A stretch of DNA of 64,000 bases from contig CM082591.2 in NCBI GenBank assembly GCA_040954595.2, positions 2,207,745-2,271,744 on the forward strand, read 5' to 3'. Positions within the stretch are counted from its first letter, which is position 1, and every line of letters starts with the position of its first letter. Positions 55,001-64,000 of this stretch are shown in pieces. The position numbers and the translations under genes were made by a program. Source of the stretch: Balanoglossus misakiensis (lineage: Eukaryota > Animalia > Hemichordata). The notes beneath the pieces were generated by a model, which worked only from the letters and a program-made list of their open reading frames with translations, did no database searches and was not told where the DNA came from.

Positions 55001-55115
55001 ATTTTCATGAGCTATAACCCATGATTTTTTTCAAAAATCATGAAATTTTTAAAGTTCTCCAAATCGAAAAATTGTCGGATATTGATGATTTTCATGAGCT
55101 ATAACCCATGAAAAA
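40007..55115. repeat. Satellite DNA array, 165-bp monomer (78+87-bp subunits sharing catgagctataacccatga), about 91 copies
   Basis: Same register recurs at 40021, 40351, 40681; core at 40068, 40146, 40233. Near-identical copies run to a sharp right end at ~55115; degenerate copies extend left to ~39822. Confidence 0.98.
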
Positions 55116-55904
55116 GCATGTTTAAGTTAGAGATGAGTCCACAGTTAGAGAATGTGGATTCAAGTTAATATTCACGGTTTACACAATTCAGAAACACACA
55201 CACATCCAAATACTGAAACTACAAGTTCATATCACATGTCTGATCCGTGTATTTGTTACACAAACCTTTTAATAATCTTCTCAATTATATCACTTTTGAA
55301 AATAAAAGATAGGAAAACCAAAAATTGTACATGTACTCATATGTGCTACAAATCAGCCTCATAGTTTGATACCTGAGTGACTGGAGTTAGAAAATTACAG
55401 GAATGACTAACAGACTTACATTACTACCTAGAAAACACCGTACTTCTCTAAAATGTTCAAATAGTGTGGAAACTTTTAAAATGATAATCTCTTTGTGAGC
55501 AATGTGCTTGATGCCAGGTTTGACCAGACAAATTACAAGTGTCATAGTTTGCTACTCTGTTGACCCTGTATGACCATTACACCATGGTAATTTTGACATT
55601 AAAATTCAGCAAGTAGAACGAGATCACAGTTGTCGCACACATCAAAATACATGTAGTGGAATAATCATCAAAAATTACATCTGAGCTCATCTCAACACTC
55701 GATAAAATTGTTTTGACATTACAATCTGTGCAATATTGGGGTAAGGCCAACCCAAAATAATTGTGTGGTCCTGATAACATGCTTTTTAGAAAAAAGGTAG
55801 GTTGGTAGGTACGAAAATAAATCATTGTCCTAATGAACTGCCTGATTTGCAACCACTGTTGTCATAATTTGCATACTTATTTTGTTGTTTGTTTACTCGT
55901 TTAT

Positions 55905-58900
55905 TTACTTCTTAGCTGCAGCTTTGTAATCTGCATACAGGTCTGGATTCTCGGTGACCCACTTTTCGGCAGTGTTGTCTGTCAGCCAATCAGAAGACGT
56001 CATCTGCGTTTTAAATAATGTCACCAAGTCATCTAAGTTACCCCCTGGAATTAAGCATAAATAATGGGTTACCGTGGGAACTGATGACCCTCACTGTCAC
56101 ACAAAAACTCTCAGATTACTACACACACAAGAGAAACAGCGACCAATGAAACACTATACCTGAAGCTCCACTAGTGACAGCGCCCTCTGCGTTACCACTT
56201 GAGGTAGTCTCACCAAAGGCACGGGCAAGAAGACTGTCTAACCCTTGTGCGACATCGGACCCATCTCCGCATATTTCTTTCTTCACTTCTTGTAAGACTT
56301 TTCCAAGTCTCTCCAGAGCTGTAGGAGAAGTAGAAATTGATCAAATGAAGCTGATGATGAAATAAACAGTGGAGTATCATACTTGCCAAGTATTGGTGTG
56401 GCTCTCCGTTCATGTCCCTTACAAAAACATTCTATAAGCATCTATAGAATCCTACAGAATTTCTATCGAAGTTTATAGAATTTCTATGGATATCTTTGGA
56501 TTTCTTGTTGTAAAATCAATATTTCATTTACCTGCGCTTAGTATTTCAATGGGATGTGCATAGATTATCCGGAACCATCCCGGTTCATTGCAGTCGAATT
56601 TGCTTCCTGCTGCAATTTTCACACCACCTGTTTCGAATCGTCGCAGGAGAGCCATTTCTGCTTCTACAGTTGGTGAGGTCAGATACTGAAAAAGCAATGA
56701 ATAAAAACACGAAGGTTGACATAAGGTACACAGGGACCCTGAGTCCCAATAGGTCCACACTACAAAACTAATCTACAAAACCAAACTGGTCCTGAAGGAA
56801 GAGCTATGCTTACCAATCTGAAGTCTGCCCACACATAGAGCCCAGCAGAGCGGTGTAAATGAGGTATACCCAATTTAGTCAAACCGTCTGACATACACTT
56901 GAGAGACTCTCTAAGCCTCTGAAGATTTGTTGGAAAGAAGACGTTGTTGATCCAGTCTGAAAAAGAAATGAAGACATTTGAAAACAGTGACATATTCAGT
57001 CCATGTTTCATTTGAACTGAATCACATAGCAAAATTCCTTTTTTCTACTCACCCCGGTCTGATATAAACTCTGCCAGAACATGTTGTGTGATAGACGGCA
57101 TGCAATAGAAATAACACAGCGTCTCCATTGCTTCGTGCAGTTCAGAATTCAGACTGTGTAACACGGCACAGCGAAATCCAGACAAGCCAAAGTCCTGTGT
57201 AAATTAAGAAAACAGTTTTCATTCATGTGTATACTTCCCACACAATGTAAATCACACCCCAAATTGTCAATCCTAAAAACTTGTGACGATAAGCCATCTA
57301 CTAGTATATTACTATGTACCAGTATATGTATATTGAATTGACCCACTTTTGATTGAATTCCCACACGTAAACGTGTGAACACACATTTGTCTGATATGAT
57401 GTGGATCTACCCCGCAGTGACCTTTCACATTTGCCATATCATATGGATCAGACCCACATTGACCTTGTCAATTTCCCACAAGAAGTACTTACCTTGCTAA
57501 ATCCCCATATGAAATGAGTTCTCTGTGGATCTGGTATATCATCCAGACTCAAAACACTGGTGAAGGAGACGTCGGGGTCCAGAATTGTTCCCATGTACAT
57601 CTCATCAAAAATAATATGCAAGGAATGTCTGCAAAAAAAATTTTTTTAATTCAGTTATAATCAGATATCCATGTGAGGGTGCTATGGTGTACAGTTTCTA
57701 GAGTACAGGTCTAGGGCACTTACCCCCTGTCCACAAATTCACTACTACATATAACTGATGTGTGGGAATGGTCAATATATATCCAGGGGGTAACCCTCCT
57801 AGTCTGTTAATGGGGATGAATTCTACAACACCCACTCCAAGACAATATTATACCCCTTACATATTTACCTGTGTGCGAACTGTAAACAATCTCTAAGCAG
57901 TTCAGGTGGATAGATATCTCCCAATGGATTGTTGGGATTAATCAAAAACAGCGCACGCACATTGGTGCCCTGAAATGAAAAACAAACAAACAAACCTAAT
58001 TAATATGCAGACATGTGTCTATTTTAAAGCATGGTTAATTTTACCAGTGTTTCCCAGTCTTTGTATCAGGGGTCCCCTTCAGATTGGTACATCAATTCAG
58101 TAATGTACAGAAACAGAATCAATGTTACTATATAGTTCTTAAATTTTTTAATGAAAGAACACACACCTCTTGTTTTGCTTTTTCCATTGCTTCTTCCAAC
58201 TTCTTCACTGTCAGTTCAAACGGTCTCTTCTCACCAGAGTCAAAATTAACCTGACTCCCTAAGTGTGCATACACTGGTTTGACTTGTGCCATTCGGGTTA
58301 TGTCAAAGGTCACACCACAGTTTGTTCCTCCGTAAGTCGGTGCAGGTATCAACATGCCATCTGTTAAAATAATTAGACATTAATTAATTATAGAATGAAG
58401 ATTGGTACATGTATCAGAGACTTAATCAGGTTGAGCTACACTGTTGATTTTACATGTTAGGCAATATCAAAGAAATTTTCTGGTTTGTGTCCTATGAAAA
58501 TGTTGAAATAAAGGTCTGGTGATAGGGGTTAAAACACATGTCTAGTCTCAATGCCTACCTCCTGGATCGCATAATGTCATTGCCAATGCTGCGATCAAAC
58601 TTTCAGCTCCATTGACTACTGAGATCTAGGGTAGAACAGAAAATGTTTTCACTCTCTTGTCGATTTTCGTAATGCAAATGTTGGAAGGTGTAAAAAAAGA
58701 CAAAGTGACAGATATAGTCTTTCTGTGTCACCCATTGGCTGTAGCTGATTGGAGTTCTGTCAGTCACTTACATGTTCTGGATTGACAGGTTTCTTGGCTT
58801 TGGTTTTACTGGTCAGATAATCAGCTATTGCCTGTCGCAGATAGAGAATTCCTCTCTTGTCACAATACTGTAACATCCACGGCTTGAGAGAATACAGCTT

Positions 58901-59749
58901 GGGATCTTCTATCTATGTAACAATAAATCAGTCATCTTTGATCTGTCAGTTTGTGCAGAGAAGACTGGACAAATTACAAACAAACATCAGCACAAAATAA
59001 ATGGTGCTATACTAGATCAAATCATAGACAGTTGAGGTGAAAACTCTCATCCATTGTGTATAAGCAAACCACTAAACAAGTTGTAATACAGAACAGTGTA
59101 ATGTGCTGTGGTTTGACAATTAAAATTTAAAAATAGGATATACAAAACAATGTTTACCTTTTTGGAAATGAGGTCATAGCATACATGGTTCTCGCTTACT
59201 GATAGAGTTATCATGCCCTGGAAATAAGGAATATAACAATTACACTTCTGTGCGTTCTCTTACTGCTCGTGGGCACGATCCCACGTTACGATCTCCCCCT
59301 AGTTTAACCCTTTCACCACCATGCATGGTTCGTGCCATGTCCATTTCTGTGGTTCGATTGCACCTCTAATGATGGAACTGGGGGTGAAAGGGTTAATGCC
59401 ACCTACGAGAACTGCTCTCATCAACTGATCGTGGAGTCTGGCCCCGTGATCTGATCAATGACGATCAGTCAGACAGCCCTACGACCACAGCATTACTGGC
59501 TGTATCAATATGTCAATTTACTGCATGTACAGTATCACTCTGGTAACCAACATTGATCAGGGCCCCCGAAATAACGACCCCTCATATCCGAATACTTACT
59601 TGAGGGTTAGTTTTTGGGTCGTACGGTCTTCTTTGACATTCCGTTAATGATTCGATCGGTGGTATCACGACCGGTTGATAACAATGACTTCGCTTTGACA
59701 GGGTTTTCGATCCTTCTCCTCTACCCTCTGCCATCGTCGTGGACGCCAT
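55905..59749 (-). CDS. ACCS: 1-aminocyclopropane-1-carboxylate synthase-like protein (class I PLP-dependent aminotransferase fold), ~510 aa
   Basis: Exons 59600-59749, 59158-59217, 58772-58912, 58559-58625, 58167-58360, 57869-57969, 57493-57628, 57053-57194, 56814-56956, 56532-56685, 56214 (or 56160)-56318, 55905-56044; all GT-AG, phases consistent. Motifs YDPKTNPQGMITLSVSEN, LCDPGDGMLIPAPTY, INPNNPLG, IFDEMY, WGFSKDFGLSGFR (PLP lysine), GLYVWADF, EPGWFRII. Confidence 0.93.
59304..59396 (+). mobile_element. 93-bp non-autonomous TTAA-ended MITE, copy 2, in an ACCS intron
   Basis: Perfect 14-bp inverted ends ttaaccctttcacc/ggtgaaagggttaa; homologous to 19337-19429. Confidence 0.8.
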
Positions 59750-60827
59750 ACCTGCAGCAGAAGACAGAAGACACAATTTCCGGTTCCGGTAAGTAATTAG
59801 CATATATAGAACGTAAGTATCTTGCCTCTCCATGCCAGGGGGCGCTGTCGATGACCTTTGGCCTTTCTCGACGGCCGGCCACATGTACATTTCTACGTAC
59901 ATTTCTCAGTCTGCCACGTTGTAGTGAACAGTGAACACCGTTTTTTTAACTATCCTGTTTTCGTCCTTACGTGCCTGGTTGTAGTCTTTGCTGGTGTCTG
60001 ACAACACGGAGGTTGTGTCCACGTTGGCAGCGTCGAACTTCTTCTTCACGTCTATTGGCGGTAATACGGTAATTTCCAGTTAAACATTCAGTCACATGCA
60101 GTAAGACATTTGAACCACGCGCTGACACGCCCCTTACAACAGACGACCCATGACATGGCTTCGCAATCCCAACTTGAAAGACGGGCCCCAAACCTTGCAC
60201 ACAGTCAGACGTTAGCACCAGCCACTGAGCCAGTCGACAGGAAGTTTTTTCATCCACCATGAAGACAATTTGTCACCAGAACCAGACGGAGTGTCCATTT
60301 CTATCCCCAGGTGCTACAATGTTTAATTTGGACCTTTCAAGGCTACAGGGACCATGGGTTCAGTTCAACCCCTGCATTGCACGAACAGTTGAAAGAACCT
60401 CAACACCAGATCCATGAGGAGACAAGTGTGGTTATTGGAAATTTCCTTGCAGCTGCTGATGTCACCATTCCAAGCAGGAGACACGCCCAGTTGACGGCCC
60501 CGCCCACTGTCATCAGTTCCGACCCTGCTCCAGGAAATGTGACTTCAAGAGACGGCGACTTATCCTGTACCCGACGGAGCCATTCAAGAAATTGAGGACG
60601 AGCTTGCTGCGTCAAGTCCCACCATCAGAAACAACGGTCTTCCAAATTTCTCTATAATTTGCTTAATGAGTGAAGAATAATTTTGAAAACAATCTTTTGT
60701 TTGTGCTATAATAACTACTGTATTAGCATGGCATCAATTGTTTAGCTCACCAGTTAAAAATTCTGCGTATTGACCCCCATAACTTACTTTCTGATTAACA
60801 AGAGAATTATCGGAAGTAATTCCTTAC

Positions 60828-62716
60828 CTTTACTGCTATGGCCAGATTTTGCTGAGTCTACTGTGCAGTCTCTCGGAAGATGTTCAGAGGCTTCCTTGTT
60901 GACTGTTTTCAGTTGATAAAGATTGATTGCAGAACAGCTTCGTCTTTAATTATATACGTGGAGTTTCTTAGTTTATCTAATTGTTCCCTGCACTGTACGG
61001 CTAAGGACAGTGGTTTGCTTTCTGAAGTGGTGGGGCTTGTAGTGGGGTTGGCATCGAGTGTCTCCTCTGTATCTTGTTGGTCAGGGTCACTCGGTGTTGA
61101 CGTGTGGCGATGGGATGTACTCGGTTCCAAAGGCACGTCAAGCTGAAAGTACCGGTACATATTGTCTCTTTACGACGGTGATAACTGATTCCGTCCAAAT
61201 GGAATACCATTTCTTACCTGTTTAAGCTGTTTTGTTGATGGATCCTGCACAAATCCAGGACTATCAATATCCAACATAGTATTGTAAATTGATAAACATT
61301 TGTCAATGTCTGACCTTTGTACTCGCTTCGGTGATTTTTTCTTTCCTTTTAGTGCCTGGTAAAATGTCGTTGGCATAATTAAGCTTGATTCTTTTATTTC
61401 TTTCTTCGAATTGTAATGGTGATACCTGAAAGTTTCCAAAAATATAAGATTCAACATTTAACATGCAATGCCACCTTAATGAAGATCAATGATTCAGGCT
61501 AGATTATCTTATACTTGCATCCAAATTCTATACAGGCACTTACCCAAGTATTAATTTTGCTGGTTCCTCTCCACTGTTTCCTCCAAGGGAATCCAAGACA
61601 GTGACTTCAAGTCTAAATACTTAGAGCAAGAGAAAAATAGAGTTGTATTGCACTGAAGTGATTGCATCATTTACAATTATGGGTTACCTACAACATGGTG
61701 TCACATTATGTATTACAGGACTAGTATCTTTACATCTCTAGCTACAGATGTAAAGATACTATTTCTTACCTTGTAAGTTGTTGATCTGGTCTTTTTATGT
61801 ATCTCACATAAATCCAGGATTATTAATATCCAATGACCCCTGGAAATGACAGATAGGATGATATAATAATGAAAAGATTGAAATTTTATTGCAAATTGCA
61901 ATTATGGATAGGGAATAATATATGCTTTACTTACCCAGTGTTGCATGGTACAATTTAAAATTTCTTATTAAACAAGTCTTCTGTTTTTATTTGCCTTCTG
62001 GCAGATTGCCACACATACTGCAAAGCAAAGTCAATAATGCTGCCATTAATCCAAGCCTTTGGGTTTAATGTTTCTAGGTCTTCTTCTAGTAAAAATCCTA
62101 ATGCCTTCTGCCATTCTTCTAACCTAGATATCACACAAATATAAAATCATATGGAATTGTAAATGCATCTGAAAAATGGTTTGAGAGTTTCAAAATCTAG
62201 ATGTTTACCTTTGGAAAGTGAATATCTGCAGTATTCTCCAAGTTAATAATGTCGTTAACTGCAAACTTGGTGTTGGTTTCAACTTCATATGCCCGTAACA
62301 ATGTCATGGCATCTCCTACTGTCTTCAGGAATCCAATGTAATCACTACTGCTCCCACAAAAATATTGTCTCCAAGTCATGCTTGAATTGTAGCAGAATAT
62401 TCGACGTAATAGCGCTGTATGATCAGTACGATTTGAGAGTTTGAACTCAACTGCCAAAAACTACAATAGATACATTAGACAATAATTATATGGGATTTTA
62501 TTTTGCCTTCTTCGTCCAGTTTGCGTAACAATGTTGTTATAATGTTCTCTCCATTCTTTTCCCATTAATTCAAGCCTTTGGGTTCAATATTTTGATGTCT
62601 TCATTTGTGAGTAATCTTAACGATTTCTGCCATTCTTCTAACCTAATATAAAATCATATGGAATTGTAAATGCATCTGAAAAATGGTTTGAGAGTTTCAA
62701 AATCTAGATGTTAACC
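60828..62716 (-). pseudogene. Degraded, intron-containing transposon-like relic with Ulp1/SENP (peptidase C48) fragments
   Basis: Exon-like blocks 61935-62123 (EEDLETLNPKAWINGSIIDFAL...EDLFNKKF*IVPCNTG; in-frame TAA at 61955-61957), 61770-61839 (GHWILIILD, catalytic-His motif), 61544-61612 (VTVLDSLGG, Asp motif), 61218-61425 and 60828-61142. Phase breaks imply frameshifts; a second broken copy of the first block lies at ~62560-62643. No catalytic Q..N..DCG motif seen. Confidence 0.6.
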
Positions 62717-63606
62717 AACTATTTTCCACTCTCGTTTTCCCAAAGCTGTTTATACATTTTTTGTGGTGTTTGTTTGTACATTTTTGTTTCTTCTTTTCTC
62801 ATATGAAATATCTTTTTCATGAATTGGGAATAAAGCATTATTATTATTAACTATGGAAAATTATAGTGCTCTATTTAATAGAATGAGGTCCATGCATTAA
62901 TAAAGCATTATTGTATTATTAAAGCGCACCATATAGTAGCTATACTCCAACCACTGAATGACGTCACATATCAAAACTCACTACGCCCTCATCGGCAGAG
63001 ACGTGGGATACTTCTGTTCAAAATGCGTTGATTGGCTAGTCCTGACCCTTAGGCAGAGGTGAAGCGTGTACAAAACATGTGCCGTGATTGGTCACAATTT
63101 CATGGTGAATTGCCAGCAAGCCAGTGTTGCGTATTGTAACAAAAGGCAATATTTCAGCGCCGATTTTGAAGTTGATACATACATAAAACGTCAACAGTGC
63201 TGTCCCACTGGTGGTTACACTTCGAAACGGTATGTACCGAATTCGTTTACATTTCGAGTACAGTGAGGGTACGGAAATAAGAAAATGTTATCTCCTGAAT
63301 TGTGGCAAACATTCCAATCGGCGTCTCAATGTCGCGTGAGAGTTGAAAAGGGCAAGTCATGAACCCAAATCCTCTGTCGACACATGTACATACATATACA
63401 TGTATATTGCCAAGTTCGGAGAATGTTTTTACCCACACAGGGGCAAAATTTAATTAAAAAACGGCATCGATACCACCCATTCCATGTCAAAATTCATACC
63501 TGCTAAACCCTTTGCCCATTTATAACGGTCTTCCGTGTGTTTTGGGGCGATTTCTGAGGAGGACTACGCATTCTCCAGTTTCGAGCCTCGAGGTATCTTC
63601 AGCTGA

Positions 63607-63744
63607 CCGCTGGAAAGTACCAGGGCTGTGATTGGTTGCCACGTCGTTGGCTTGAAACATTTAAAATAGGCTCTAATTTAAATGTTTCAAACGAACGCAT
63701 ATTCTGGGCAGGCAACCAATCACAGCCCCTGTACTGTCCAGTGG
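63607..63744. repeat. 138-bp imperfect palindrome (foldback/MITE-like)
   Basis: gggctgtgattggttgcc/ggcaaccaatcacagccc and ttgaaacatttaaa/tttaaatgtttcaa are perfect reverse-complement pairs. Confidence 0.75.
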
Positions 63745-63817
63745 TATATTGATATTTCCCTAAAGAAACTGCCTTCATCAACCTTTTTCTGTCATCTCAA
63801 CAGACATTCTCTCAAAG

Positions 63818-64000
63818 ATGGCAGATTACAAGGCTGAAGGAAAGATAGTGATGCCGGAAATGGCCAATGCCCTGAAACAGTCAGAACCGGTCGCACTGCT
63901 CAAGGAAGTACACCAGTTACTGAAAGAAGTGCAAAGCCTCCAACAGAAACAGCAAGAGGGAATCAAGACCAATCTCCGTCAGTTCATGCAAATTGTCGAT
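63818..64000 (+). CDS. 5' part of an unidentified protein, open to the window end
   Basis: Polypyrimidine tract plus CAG acceptor (63801-63803), then ATG and 61 open codons MADYKAEGKIVMPEMANALKQSEPVALLKEVHQLLKEVQSLQQKQQEGIKTNLRQFMQIVD (coiled-coil-like). Confidence 0.55.
   Translation, partial: MADYKAEGKIVMPEMANALKQSEPVALLKEVHQLLKEVQSLQQKQQEGIKTNLRQFMQIVD

Noticed and set aside
40007-55115. CRISPR-like array (19-bp quasi-palindromic core separated by spacers)
   Set aside because: The spacers are two alternating fixed sequences rather than unique ones; no cas genes; eukaryotic context.
56430-56505. 10-11-bp tctatagaat-like repeats (similar tract near 21345-21420)
   Set aside because: Too short and degenerate to assign beyond low-complexity intron sequence.
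55905-59749. ACC synthase as horizontal transfer from plants or evidence of ethylene synthesis
   Set aside because: ACCS-like genes are widespread in animals, and this copy has an ordinary multi-intron structure.

Overview
Metazoan (intron-containing, AT-rich) genomic DNA; a marine invertebrate is a guess from gene style only. No prokaryotic features, rRNA or CRISPR. Hand-spliced gene models, left to right: a two-LIM CSRP/muscle-LIM gene (minus, 5 coding exons, 198 aa); a divergent CECR2 orthologue (plus, 12 exons, ~2130 aa, with DDT-like N-terminus, AT-hook, bromodomain and a long repeat-rich tail); an orphan membrane-anchored ARM-like protein (minus, 346 aa); an orphan membrane protein with a very acidic tail carrying ~17 tandem GEIYEDDV-type tyrosine motifs (plus, ~818 aa); a ~15 kb array of ~91 copies of a highly palindromic 165-bp satellite lying between two convergent genes; an ACC-synthase-like PLP enzyme (ACCS, minus, 12 exons, ~510 aa); a decayed, intron-containing transposon-like relic with Ulp1/SUMO-protease motifs; and the 5' end of an unknown plus-strand gene. 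Two copies of a 93-bp TTAA-ended MITE and several smaller repeats and palindromes are also present. All models come from GT-AG and phase logic plus remembered family motifs; no searches were run.
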